DNA of 64,000 bases from Lingula anatina. Taxonomy: Eukaryota; Animalia; Brachiopoda. A model generated the notes under the pieces. The model ran no database searches and had not been told where the DNA came from. It saw nothing but the letters and a program-made list of their open reading frames with translations. A program made the position numbers and the translations under genes. The stretch lies in NCBI GenBank assembly GCA_051362555.1, contig CM120640.1, positions 868,001 to 932,000 on the forward strand, written 5' to 3'. Within the stretch, counting starts at the first letter, position 1, and each line of letters begins with the position of its first letter. Positions 45,105 to 57,720 of this stretch are shown piece by piece.

Positions 45105-48100
45105 TCATATCAATATTTTTTCTATACTGTCCCATTTTTTCCTTAGATTATCTGCCTTTTGAGGACCCAGTAGGTATAAAGATTGAAAATCTATTATCTT
45201 TTGCTTTTCCAAATACTTTTTGCAGGCATTCCAAAGAGGTGTACTTTTATTTTGTCTACATAAAGTGAAATATTTCTTTATATAGAGAAGTAGTAGATTA
45301 ATACCTAAGAGAGGGCTGTCGTCCAGGATTCCAAATATAAACAAGCACGGTTGATGTTTTAATTCAACAGAGTACTGTGTACGTAGGTTCTGAATGAGAC
45401 AAGTCCAAATAGCTTGAACATATGTACAGTCCCAGAAAATATGCAATAAAGTTTCTTTTGGGTCATTACAGAAAGTGCATCGCTCATGTTCTAACATATT
45501 GTATTTAAAAAGCATCGAGTTCGTAAAATAAATTCTATGTAAAATTCTAAATTGCAATGTGAGAAGTTTATGATCATTGGTTTCTCGAAAGGGCAATGCA
45601 TGAACTAGCTTCCACTTTTCACTTGGAAAATCAATGTTCAGCTTTTCCATCCACTTATTATGGATGTTAAGAGGTATTGCTTCCTTATCCGAAATAAATT
45701 TCGGGTAAAAGAGTTTCGTTAATTTGTTTTTCGATTTTAATAATACGAGATTTTTATTTGTTATTGCTGCAAGATTCTTTTGACACCCTCTTATAACAGT
45801 TTTCCAGGCAGAAGGTAAAGCGCTGATGACGGCTTGATAGTCAAGGAAATTACAATCTATATTATATTCATCACAAAAAACGTCTAGACTTTTTACTGAA
45901 CCAGTATTATCAATCAGGTCATTAACGTAAAGCACTCCTTTTCGAAACCAAGGTTTATAGAAGATTATCTTTTTATTAATCTTAATATGATCATTTCCCC
46001 ATAAAGGTTGTGCTAGGATATCATCCGGAGAAGTAGTAGAAAATTCTTGCACAGAAGCCCATATTCCCAAAATCTCTTTCCAGAAAGTATTTAGTATATT
46101 AATATTGCGTATAGACTGTAGGCCCTTCGAGGGAAGTAGCAATACGTCAATTCCCCCGATTTCCGCAATCTCATCCATCAAAAGAGTTTTCCACGAAGAA
46201 TAATTATGTGGATTTACCAATTTCTTTAGCCATATCAATTTAAGAGCTTTACAGAAGGATTTCACCTCGGGGACCTTTAATCCACCGTTTTCATAAGAAT
46301 TAATCATAACATTTCTCTTAACTTTATCTATTTTACTGTTCCAAATAAAGCGATAAAAAACTCGCTCCAAATCTTAAAAAAAAAGATCAGCAGGCATAGG
46401 AAGGACAGTTAATATTTGGATGATGGTAGGGAGTGCCAAGGATTTTAAAATAGTTACTTTACCTAGGAGTGAAATGTGACGGAACGACCAATCATTTAAC
46501 AACGATTTGATGGAATGTAATTTTTCTTTAAAATTTTCTTCATAAATGTCATCCTTTGCTAGGTTATACCAAATACCCAGTAGTTTAAATTTCCCACTAT
46601 GATTCCAAAATATACTTTTAGAGGTTTGATACTCCTCACCACAGCAGCGCTTTGCTCCAATCCAAACAGCCTGGCTTTTTTCAAAGTTTATTTTCAATCC
46701 TGAACATTGAGAGAACAATTCTAGCATATCCAGAGCTGCATTCAATGACTCTCTATCATCTGCTAGATGAAGCGTAGAGTCATCTGCGTATTGTGTAATG
46801 ACGTATTCTGAGTTATTCAGTAAGATCCCTTTTATGTTTGGATCAAATTTGACCGCCGCGCTGAGCAATTCTATGCAGATAATAAATATGTAAGGGGACA
46901 GAGGATCACCCTGTCTAACACCCCGACTGACATTAAAGAATTCTGTTAGATGTCCATTATTTTCCACTGCAGTGGAAACATTGGAGTAAAGGGTTTTGAA
47001 CCAGTTTTGAATATCTTCAGTAAAATTAAAAAATTTAAGACACTGCAAAATATATGCCCACTCTACAGAATCAAAAGCTTTTTCGAAATCTAGCATTAAT
47101 AAAATTCCTGAAATGTCATCTTTTTCTGTTTTATGGATGATATCTTGAATAGTTCTGGAACATTCGCCTATATACCGACCTTTAACAAATCCAGCCTGTG
47201 TAAAAGAGATTATATCGTCAATGTGTAATTGGATTCTGGCTGCTATGCAAGCAGAAGCAAGTTTGTAATCAACATTCAGCAAAGTAATTGGACGCCAATT
47301 CTTAAGGAATACTTTCTCCTTCCCCTCTTTTGGTATACACTTGATTATACCTTGGCGTTGAGATGTAGACATTGACTGTACCTCAAAGGATTTATTCAGT
47401 GACCTAAGCAGAGGCTCTTTAAGATCAGTCCAAAAGAATTTATAGAATTCTACCGTATAGCCATCTAAACCAGGAGATTTTCCATTCTTCATTTTCTTAA
47501 GTACTTTGAGACATTCTGTTTGGGACAGAGAGCCATTCATAGTAATCTTTTTTTCTTCTGGAAGTTTTTTAATAAATGGATTTTCGTCATTGAAAAAGGT
47601 ATAACTATGGACGTTATCCATTAGAGTGTCTTTTGATTGGTATAAATCGCTATAGTAGCTTTTTTGTTCTTTTAAGATATCGTGAATATTTGTTATTTCT
47701 TTTCCGTCCTTCCTCCTCAATTTAGATATCGATTTCTCACAATAATTCCTTTTTTCTAAATTAAGAAAATATTTTGAACTTTTTTCTCCTTCTACTTTCC
47801 ATTTTGCTTTTGCCCTTAAAATAATCCCCTCAATTTTTTTGTCACGTATACTTTTCAATTCATCTTCTTTTCCCCGAATTGCCAACCGAATAGTCTCATC
47901 ATCTCTGTTGTTTAGAGAGTCATATAATTTGTTCAATTCTTCACTTATTATTTTTTCTTCTTTTTCTGCTTCTCTCTTTTTATAGGATGCGTATTTAATC
48001 GTTTCACCTCTAATACTAAATTTTAAGGTTTCCCATAGTAAACAATCGTCAATATTAAATTCGGCCATTTCCACGTTTTCATTATCGTCTGTCCTGTACT

Positions 48101-48911
48101 GCTTTATCACTTCTTTTATGGTTTTTTTAATTAAGTTTACATAATTCCAATCGCCTAACAGACTGTTGTTGAATTTCCACGTCCCCCTTCCTCTTTCAAT
48201 TTGAATAAAATTAATCTCCATGTTTACTGGAGAGTGGTCTGATTTATAAGCAAAATCCATGCCAGCAGCAACAGCTATGTCTTGTAAATCAGAAGAAATC
48301 AAAAAATAGTCAAGTCTGCTTTTTTTCTTATTTGGTCCAAACCACGTAAATTTTCTACATTCCGCATTCATTTCTCGCCAGACATCAATTAAATCCAAAC
48401 TGTCCATTATGCGGACAATTTCTCGGTTTGCCTTTGTGTTGTTGTTGTGTAGGTAATTATCGGTGTCAGTTATGTAATCAAGTGGTACGTTCCAGTCCCC
48501 CCCAAGTATTATTGAGGTATTTCCAATTACTTCAATTTTATTTTGGATCTCCTTAAAGAAAGACGGATCGTCATTGTTTGGTCCATAAATAGCGCCTAGC
48601 GTGAGTCTCGTGCCCTGAATTTCAATGTCTAGTAATAGGTAACTACCTCTAGGATCTTTAATCTCTTTGTGGATTTTAAAGTCAAAGGAAGATTTGAATA
48701 AGATGCCAACACCTCTTTTGCAACTAGTTAGTGAACAAAAAACCGCGTCCCCACCCCATTCATTTTTCCACAAGCTTTCGTTTTTCTTCTCACTGTGAGT
48801 ATCAATCAATATAGCGATGTCATATTTGGACCTGCATTTATGAAAAATATCTCTCCTTTTCACCATATTGCTACTGAGTCCTCGACAATTCAGACTTACT
48901 ATTTTAACCAT
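45105..48911 (-). CDS. L1/Tx1 ORF2 (APE endonuclease, RT, CCHC), with one in-frame TAA at 46374-46376
   Basis: SLNCRGL, GAIYGPN, GGDWN, SRLDYFL, SDHSPV, GKSPGLDG, NWRPITLLNVDYK, DFEKAFD, GVRQGDPLSP, QYADD, CTFC..ETLLHIFWDC. The two track ORFs (48911-46374, 46370-45105) are in the same frame. Confidence 0.93.
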
Positions 48912-49605
48912 TACTTAGAATCTAATAATAAATATTTAACCAATAAAAAGGACGATACTTCCGCAAGTAGTCTAGGCATTATCAACACGTAATTATAAAC
49001 ACATACATTCACCCATTCACACAAATCGACACCACAGACAAACATTAAAGGTACAACACTGAGTGGTAAACACATATATCAGGAGGCCTCCTCTTCGGAC
49101 AGCTGTTGCCTATCCTGCGAATGATAGCATGACTACATACAGTACAAACAGGAAAACCCCTCTGTCTCTGCAAAAAACAATGTTCATGTAATTATCCAAT
49201 ATTTACACAATCTCATTTTCGTATGTGTAGATTTTTTTTTTTTAAGAATTGGCGTAATGAGTTCAGGCTGCAGTAAAGCCATCCGTTACTCTTTTACATA
49301 CATCCACTAAGTTTCATATATATCAGGTCTTTCAGAGAGGTAAACAGTAAACACATAGTAATCTAGAGAAATGACATATAGTTTCTATACCAGTGGCACA
49401 GTCGTACCTCCAGACTGTAACAGTATTCAAGGGGGTACGTAAACTACTAAACAATATATCACATACCAGTATCAAGAGAGAATTCATATAGTTTCCACTA
49501 GATCCAATCTCCTCCTTAAGTAATAAAGCATATTTGTATAGAAGGAGAATGGAATGTAACTCATCATATATTGGTTTTTAATCAAAATATATTTGGTTTA
49601 ATGTT

Positions 49606-50541
49606 TTATTTTCTTATTTTAACTTTCTTGTCAATGTCATCGTCAATAGAAAATCTCATTCTCTGGCCAGTGTGTTTCACTTTACCGTACACGCTCCCAT
49701 TATAAAACCACGACTGTTCAATTTGCTCGTTTTCCTTTAGGCGCTGCAGTAATTGAGCGTTTAGCTTGGTAATATCGTCAGCCAGCCGAACACCTTTGTC
49801 ATGCCTTTTCAAGGTAGATCTACTCCGCATTATACGTACCTTGATTTCCGTGTTTTTAACATGCATTAGAATTGGCCGGGGAGACCCTTGCCGACCGGGA
49901 ATTCTGTGCACCGCCGTGATGTCATCAGCCGTTATCTGTACTTCTCCCTGTTCCTTAAGCACCTTGCACACAACATCCCGAGTGTTTTCATGTTCCTTCT
50001 CTATCACCCCGTAGATTTTTATGTTATTTTTCCGGGAATATTGTTCATTATAGTTCGCCATTTTGATAGCATTGTTTGACGCATAGTTTGCTTGCTCCAC
50101 TGTTTCCGTGAGCTTTCTGAGAGACTTTTCTTTTCCCGCTAGCTGTTCTCGGAGAGCGTCATTTTCCAATTCCAGTGAATCGATTCTTTCCCTTAGCTCT
50201 CCAATATCTAATTTATGCTTGTCTTCTAATTTTTCAAGATTTGTCCCGATTTCGTCTTTGAAATTAAGTAAAAGTTTAGTGACAGTTTCCGTGACCATTT
50301 CTTGCACAATATCTTTTAGATCATTTGTTTTTACAGTATTTTTGATTTCAGATTCTATTTCGTCTAGCTTTATCAAAATCAAAGATGTTTCTTCTGTACT
50401 TGTGTTAGAAACCTCACTATGGGATCTTTTTGCTGGCTGACTGGTGGATTTCTTGTCAGCTGTGGTTTTCATTCGGTCTGTCATAGAGCTCTTTGAATCT
50501 TTGATCGTATCAAAGTATTTTGATTTATTATTTGAGCTCAT
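49606..50541 (-). CDS. L1/Tx1 ORF1 (coiled coil plus RRM-like region), likely start MSSNNK at 50541
   Basis: Coiled coil followed by NEQYSRKNNIKIYGV..AVHRIP..PRPILM..LADDIT, typical of transposase_22-like LINE ORF1 proteins. Confidence 0.88.
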   Translation of the reverse strand: MSSNNKSKYFDTIKDSKSSMTDRMKTTADKKSTSQPAKRSHSEVSNTSTEETSLILIKLDEIESEIKNTVKTNDLKDIVQEMVTETVTKLLLNFKDEIGTNLEKLEDKHKLDIGELRERIDSLELENDALREQLAGKEKSLRKLTETVEQANYASNNAIKMANYNEQYSRKNNIKIYGVIEKEHENTRDVVCKVLKEQGEVQITADDITAVHRIPGRQGSPRPILMHVKNTEIKVRIMRSRSTLKRHDKGVRLADDITKLNAQLLQRLKENEQIEQSWFYNGSVYGKVKHTGQRMRFSIDDDIDKKVKIRK

Positions 50542-50904
50542 TGTGATATATATATAGAGAGATATGTGTTTTCGAGGCAATAAGGCTGACTTGAAACTAT
50601 TGTTTATCCGGTGAGCAGTACTCACCGATGCACCTGTATTGAAGCGCACTTGTCACGATCTATTGTCAGTTGTATAGTTATGGTATACGTTATGATCAAT
50701 GTCAAAATAAAGCTTGTTGACAAAAACCAAGTCAGCTAAACAGCTTCCATTCGCAGGAGACAGTTAGTATTCACACATTTATGTATCCATAGCTGTAATA
50801 TTTCTTACCGATTGTTTGAATTTGTAAGAAATTCTAGGAGCTCTCTTACGGTCGTTGTCTCCTCCTTGGCCTCGTTCTCGCTTCCAGTCCCCCGTCAATA
50901 CTTT

Positions 50905-51190
50905 ATATATCTAGACAGGACTAAAAGAAAACATTATCAATAATGACAGACAGTTCCCATCCAGCCCATACCCTTTTAAATTTTTACCTAGCAATTCGAG
51001 ACTCTTAGCTTTTAAGGGTAGTAAGCGATTTTCAAATAGCTTTTATCCTTCGGCAGTAACTATTTTTAACTCTAACATGTAATTTTAATTTTCATTCTTT
51101 ATATTTCAATGGCGCTACTACAGGGCAAAAGATTCCCGATTTTATACATTTGTATTTTATTGGCTTAATAAATTATTATTGTTATTATTG
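50905..51190 (+). mobile_element. 3' end of the Rex1/Babar-like LINE
   Basis: Continuation YLDRTKRK..MTDSSHPAH..RFSNSFYPSAV, then AATAAA and a (TAT)n-like tail at ~51167-51190. Confidence 0.75.
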
Positions 51191-52613
51191 CTGTAGGCCC
51201 AGCTGTGCCATCCTGGCAGTATGGGGACGGGTGTTGACTGAAGGACTGAGAAGGTGTTCTGTCACTGAAAAACTTCAGACACCATACTGACTAACATGTG
51301 CATTTTCGGTCAGTTTGAAGCACTGTGGTAAAAAAAAACTTACATTTCTTTTCTTTTTAGGCCAGTATATGTGTATGTTACATGTACGTGCATGTATACA
51401 TGTAACAGGAGGGGATGACATACAGTTGCTTTTACTGCAGCGTGTCCATGTTTTATGAAGACAAATATAACGCTTGGACAAGAATAAACTTTTTTCAGAC
51501 ATTTTTCTGTGGAACAAACGTTAGATACGTTTTAGCCATGACAGAAAGCTCCCCTGTGTGACAGTTCATATATTTATAAAGACATCCTTACGTCAGCGTG
51601 TGTTTTTGTTTTAGTTTGACCTTATTGAAATGGCATGTAATATTGTGATGGGTTTTTATGCACAATTTTTAGTAATGATGTACCTTAAAGACCATGCAAA
51701 CGTCCTCTTATTAAGCCTTGGCAGTAATTCTTATAATTGTAAGCCAGCTTAGGTACTGTTTAGCGACAAGCTGTGCATGGAAAGATAAATTTTCAGTGGA
51801 CAGTTCAGAAAAGTTTGTAGAATTAGCCAGCTAAATGTATGTGGAAATCTTGTTGTGCCTTTATTCTGCCCCCTGTTCCCTGGACCCACACCCCAAAAGC
51901 AATTTTAAGCAGAAATGTCTCTGGAAAAAGAAAAAACAGACAGTATGCGTAAACCTTTAAGAGCGAATGGCGCGATCAAATGTTTAGCCTTTTGATGTTG
52001 ATATTTTACAGTTTGAAATAAAAAAGTTTCTGTCTTTTTGATGTTGTAAATTTTATCGCTTGAATCAAAACATTGTTTTTGTCGTTCCATACGTTGTTTT
52101 AATGACTTCGGATGACAACCCTGACATTTTCATTTTTGTAAGATATCATTCATTATTTATGGACGTGATGGAGGTGCATAATTCAATGCTGGTAGCTTTG
52201 ACAACAAACTAGTAATAAATAACACTCTGTGTTTTTATTTTGGTAAAAAAAGAATTGTCACATACGTGATATAAGTCAGCTATTAAGCGCAGGTGGTGTT
52301 AGCACTATATGATAAAAAAAATTAAATGGAACCGAAACGGGACATTTTCAACAAAATCCAGGATAAAGTTATAGGACAAGAATACAGCTGTTTTTTTTAA
52401 AGCAATGAAGAAGAACTAAATTACTAAGAAAAAGACAAATCAAATTTCTGGGCCATACGGACAGAAAAGACGGAATAGAAAAACTTGTACTATACAGGAA
52501 AATTGACGCCATTTTCTTTTTTCTTTCTGTTTATTTTGTTCTGTTGAGTTTAATTCTGTATACTTTAGCTTACAATCAGCTGCACTATAGCTTTCTGTAT
52601 TTCAGAGACGGTC

Positions 52614-52826
52614 ATGCAGATATTTACCCGACCTGGCTGGGGCGCAGTAGTATTTATAGTATTCCTACTGTGCACCTTCGCTGTTGGCTGCGACTCTTGC
52701 AGATATAATCCGCTGACCTATAGCTGCTTTCCAAGAACCTGTCCACTTGGATACCTGTGTCGTTTAACCTGGGGTTCTTATTCTAAAGGCCAGTGGAAAT
52801 ATCTGTGTGGTTGCCGTAAAAACTAA
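52614..52826 (+). CDS. Small secreted cysteine-rich peptide B (70 aa, cationic)
   Basis: MQIFTRPGWGAVVFIVFLLCTFAVGCDSCRYNPLTYSCFPRTCPLGYLCRLTWGSYSKGQWKYLCGCRKN; paralogue of A with homologous intron (51420-52605) and 3' flank. Confidence 0.85.
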   Translation: MQIFTRPGWGAVVFIVFLLCTFAVGCDSCRYNPLTYSCFPRTCPLGYLCRLTWGSYSKGQWKYLCGCRKN

Positions 52827-53530
52827 GTATCTGGCTGACTGAATACCAGAATCTCAGCTTCTATATGTATAACATTGAAGCTATTAAAATAACATTTCTG
52901 TTGGCTTGACATTCTTTGCGATTATACGTTGTGCTACAGTGTTGCTATAAAACAAAATTGGCATGGTATTCTTTTCTTTCTTTTTTTCCTCTTTTTGTGT
53001 GTTTGTCGAAAGAACAACGTTTCATTAAACCGCGATAATTTTAATCTTAAAAGAAGTAACATCCGTTCCTTACTGTAAGCCTAATAATGACGATGCAATT
53101 AAATAAGTAACTGCATGCTGTACATGTCTCAGATTATTTAGCACTTATAAAGAAGTTGGAAAAAATTTAAATGGGAATCTTCAATCTGATACTTATATTC
53201 GTGTTTTATTAAGCGGGAAATTAAGTCATTGTATGGGGGACAATTAAAGGCCGACCCAACTACCAGACTCCGCACCGAAGGATCCTGAATTCACCGGCAG
53301 ATCGGACCACACTACCAGTCATCAAGGTGTGCGTCAGTATGAGCTTCGATGTATCATACGCGACACAGCTCTTGCCGAGTACGCGACATGATAGTTATGA
53401 TTCTCAGTGGGGTTGGAATGTATTACATCACCACTCAAAATTTGTTCCGGGGTATAACACTGTGAAATGCGCACTGAGGCACACCTTGAAAACGGGTAGT
53501 GTGGTCCAATCTACTTGTGAACCAGCTCAG

Positions 53531-53642
53531 CTGTGCCCTGAATACCCCACGGCGTAATTACGGGCAGGAGCCAGTTGCTTCCAAAGCTGTAATTACTTCT
53601 CGGCGCTGCCAGTAATTACGCCGCGGGGTATTCAGGGCACAG
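53531..53642. repeat. 112-bp inverted repeat / small MITE-like hairpin
   Basis: CTGTGCCCTGAATACCCCACGGCGTAATTAC ... GTAATTACGCCGCGGGGTATTCAGGGCACAG (~31-bp arms, one mismatch); no TSD seen. Confidence 0.7.
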
Positions 53643-54360
53643 ACCGTGATCACAAGATACCGCATATAGATTTTTAGATTTTTAGAAAATAGATTTTTCA
53701 TTTGAACGGTCCCTTAGTAAGTCACAACCTGTGGTTAGAACATTAACATCTCATCCCCAGAAATGCACTGCATGACGTCACGCTTAGTCCACTGCGCATG
53801 CGTGCACTTTTAATGAGTTGCTAGATTGCCATAGGAAAATGAATGGGTTCGCGATTCGTGTGTAATTCGTGATAATTGACAAACTAACGGCCTGATGCCG
53901 ATAGACAGCAACGCTGTGCTATGCTTCAAGGCCACCTGACCAAATATCGCTAGCGTTTTTAAAAAAATAAATCTGTTGTACACACGTACTAAGAAGTTTG
54001 CCGTGTATTGCCTAGCCTACCCTCAGCAAAACGTACATATTTTCAGAAATAGTGATTTTAGACGGTAGATTCACTCAGAAACAAAGGCAAACTAATTCGT
54101 TGCCGATAGCACCAGCAGATAGCAGCACCATACAGAGTCTGATTAAAAACTTTCATGGCAATTGAAGAACTTTTACCACTGTACATCATCATTGCTCTTC
54201 GTCCCGCGTGGGACATAAGGCCACTTACCACTGTACAATGGAATATAAAAAAAGCACTTGGCACAAATGTGAAAGAAGATGGCTCCTGATGATTTGCAGA
54301 GTCATTCACTCGGAATAGTTAGAAAAAGAAAAAGAGGTTCAGTGACAAGTTTTAGGACCG

Positions 54361-54576
54361 TTAATAATAATCATAAATACATTCGCAGTTATATGTCGCC
54401 TTCCCGGTGGCGTAGGAAATCGAGGCAATCTGACACTGTTTACCCCCGGTACACGAGCCGACATATTTGTTGGTCTGCGGGTCCAAGGAACAGGCCTCAG
54501 CCAAGGTGCACAACATGCTGAGCTGGTACACCGTTAGCAGAAGTATTGTCAGAGCGAATAGAAAGGACCTTGGCAT
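54361..54576 (-). CDS. Small secreted cysteine-rich peptide C (71 aa; Cys2 replaced by Tyr)
   Basis: MPRSFLFALTILLLTVYQLSMLCTLAEA-CSLDPQTNKYVGSCTGGKQCQIASISYATGKATYNCECIYDYY; acceptor TTTCACAG before 54584; non-coding exon 1 ends at 55002 (AAG|GTAAAT). Confidence 0.85.
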   Translation of the reverse strand: MPRSFLFALTILLLTVYQLSMLCTLAEACSLDPQTNKYVGSCTGGKQCQIASISYATGKATYNCECIYDYY

Positions 54577-56208
54577 GGTTGTTTCTGTGAAATATGAAGG
54601 TTGAACATGTTAACAGGCCAAGGTTATTTCGGGGTTCTCTAAGCGGTACAGATTAGACATGAATAAGAAAATAAAAGATTGTTTTTTAAAAATAACTTTT
54701 TTACTTTTTTTACCCTTCAGAACACTCTGCTAATTTATTCATACTGTTTTGACATCATTTCAATCAACTTTATTTCAAAAGGCAAGGAATCGTACATCTT
54801 GGAATATTGGAATTTCTATATGACTTGGATCCTTAGAATCTGTTTTCATCTGAATCTTTTGAAACATAAACCACCCAGTGGTCTATCATAATGGTCTATC
54901 ATTTATGTCATTATTCTCCCACCTTTACATGTATCATATGTACGAACACCCCCCCCCCCACCCCCATCTCCGACAACAAATTAGTAAAATTGCATATTTA
55001 CCTTGGCTGGCAAAACCACTCGGAATAGTTAGAAAAAGATGCACCTCGCTGGACCTGTGTCTAACAAAACTATTAAACTGACTCGCTTCATCCCAGGGAG
55101 TGGGTTTTTTAATTATCAACAATATTGGTGTGCGCATGCTCAAAACTTGTCGTGGCACAGGTGGCCTCTATTCAAATGATGACAATAAATTAACTGACAC
55201 TTTTTATTTCTTTCACGCCTTAAAAGATACACTTTTGCTAACTGTCGTTCAACCACTTTTTATTTCTTTCATATCTAAATCGATACAATTTTGCAAATTG
55301 TCATTTAACCATCATTTCAAAACTGGCTCTTTTGTTTGAATATGGCACACGTCGCTGTTAAACCAGCAGATAGTATGATTTTTTTTATACCTAAAATGCA
55401 GAAAAACTGACACGCGTACGAATAATTCTCTTCAAATCCTTTGCCATTTTATTTATCTGCAAAAGTATATGAGGCAAGGCTCAACTCCGACTTCAATGAG
55501 TCATAACCAGTCGTTAAAACATTAACATTTTAAGTCATTATGGCTTTTTTTTAGAAAATATTATTATATGTGGATAAAATGAAATTGTAGTGTTTGAATT
55601 GTCTGTGGTTTAATAGAAAGAGACACATCAACCGGTGTTAAAAATTCGTCATCTTCATCGTCTTCACACAGGTTATACTTTGCTTAGTTTTAGAGAAGAA
55701 ACAATAAAAAACAAAATTACTATTTTGAACCCAAATATACTACCGATAAATTTGTCACCGAGCATATAATCTGGACATTTCTGTAGCCAATCTTATTCCA
55801 CACCTTTTCAATACGTTTCCCAAAAGTTGCTCAAACTACACTTATCTAGGTATCCAAACTATTCATTTACTGAGTATATATCATGCCTCATAATTGAGGA
55901 AATGATTAAAAAGTACTGAACACTATGTTAATGCTTGTGCATTTTATTAACGTGAAACCTGATACACTGATTGCAGTTCTCGTGAGAACTGAAAGCCCCG
56001 GGTTCGGGATCATCCTTATGTCTCTCAATCAATCAATCCAGTATTTCATGTCATGGTTCTGCTTATTTGCTCTAAGTATATGTGAAAACTCACGGATAAA
56101 TAATTCAGTTTGCATCATATGTGACAGGGTTATATCGGATTATAGAGGGTTCCGCCATAAGACTTCTGCCGTGGACGTCCCCGGGGTCAGTGACAACTTT
56201 CAGGACCG

Positions 56209-56430
56209 TTAATAATGATAATAATTATACATACACTCGCAGGCATATGTCCACCTCCCGTTGGAGTAGGTAGCCGATCCCATGTCACACTGTTTACCCC
56301 CGTCACACGAACCGACACATTTGTTGGTCTGCGAATCCATGGAACAGGCCTCAGCCACAGTGCACAACATGCTGAGCTGGTACACCGTCAGCATAAGGAT
56401 TGTCAGGGCGAATAGAGAGGACTTTTGCAT
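56209..56430 (-). CDS. Small secreted cysteine-rich peptide D (73 aa)
   Basis: MQKSSLFALTILMLTVYQLSMLCTVAEA-CSMDSQTNKCVGSCDGGKQCDMGSATYSNGRWTYACECMYNYYHY; exon 1 ends at 58002. Confidence 0.88.
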   Translation of the reverse strand: MQKSSLFALTILMLTVYQLSMLCTVAEACSMDSQTNKCVGSCDGGKQCDMGSATYSNGRWTYACECMYNYYHY

Positions 56431-56959
56431 GTTTTTTTCTGTGAAATATGAAGGTTGAATAAGTTAACAGTACAAGTTTTGTGCTTTTTTAAGCGGTACA
56501 TGTTAGCTATGAATAAGAAAATAGCGATGAATATTGTTCTTTAGAAATAACTATTTTTTTTTACCCTTTAGAACACTATTTTGTTTATACCGTTTCGATA
56601 GCATTTCAGTCAACTTTATTTCAGAAGGTCCTGTTTCAGATAAAAACAATGAATCCTATATCTTGGAATATTGGAATTTGGCTATCACTTGGATTGTTGG
56701 AATTTGTTTTCATCTGAATATTTCGAAATAGAAACCACCCAGTTATAGTCCAAGATGATTATCCCAACCACACAGAACACAAACCAACCGAGAGGACAAA
56801 CCAGCGAAATCAAATGCAATTCCCATTGAGTAATTAATAGAAAGACATTTTCAGACAAGGTTTGGTGAATCCTTACACAATAATGATCTACTGCAAGGTG
56901 CCTTCATGACACAATTTATGATAAGAAGTGCAGTATGGCCGCTTACATCAGTAAAAATA

Positions 56960-57720
56960 AAGAGCCGATTTCTATGGTCTTAAAAAACCTCTAAATTATC
57001 CACTGTCCTTGGCAAAGGTCAAATGGAGAGGCTTGTCCATGCCTTCAGAACTTTACATCTTGACTACGGAAACAGTTTACTGGTCTTCCTACCAACCAAA
57101 TTGAAAAACTGGAATCTGCCCAAAATGCTGCAGCACGACTACTTACCAAAACCCCTCTCAGATCAAACATTTCACCAATTTTATTCGAACTACATTGGCT
57201 TCCCGTGCGACAGAGATTTGTTTTTAAATTACTGCTGTTAGTTTTTAAATTCACCAGAGTTGGATGCCCTTCATATTATAACTCTATGCTACATCTAGGT
57301 TCAGCCAATCTCACCTGGTTCACCAGATCCACCTCCACTCTTTGTTTTACCAGGAACGATAACAAAAAAGAAATAAAAAACCTAAACCACAGGGCATTTT
57401 CAATCGCAGCACCCATTTTATGGAATGACCTACCCTCACACATTTGGGCTATTGGTAGTGTTGAATTAAAAAAAATACTTGAAAACATTCTTATTTGCTC
57501 AGTATTTCAATTAAAATTTAATACTTGAAAGTATCTATTTTATTGTTCAGACTATTACTATTTTAACCAGAATTAATCATTTTAATTGTTTTATTTACAT
57601 TAGCTTAGATTTATTTATATAATTACTTGTAATTCTGATAATTTTATTTGTAAACAGCACTAAGATGGTAGTGTAGTGCGGCGTTTAAGAAATAATAATA
57701 ATAATAACAATATAATAATT
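56960..57720 (+). mobile_element. Degenerate 3' fragment of an L2/CR1-group LINE in the intron of peptide gene D
   Basis: ERLVHAF..LDYGNSLL, AQNAAARLL, LHWLPVRQRFVFKLLLLVFK, RAFSIAAPILWNDLP; (AAT)n tail ~57691-57718. Confidence 0.82.

Larger units (their letters stand above)
44909..50890 (-). mobile_element. Full-length L1/Tx1-clade LINE inserted into the Rex1-like element
   Basis: 14-bp TSD CCCGTCAATACTTT (44895-44908, 50891-50904); poly(A) tail with AATAAA on -; ORF1, ~690-bp spacer, ORF2. Confidence 0.95.
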
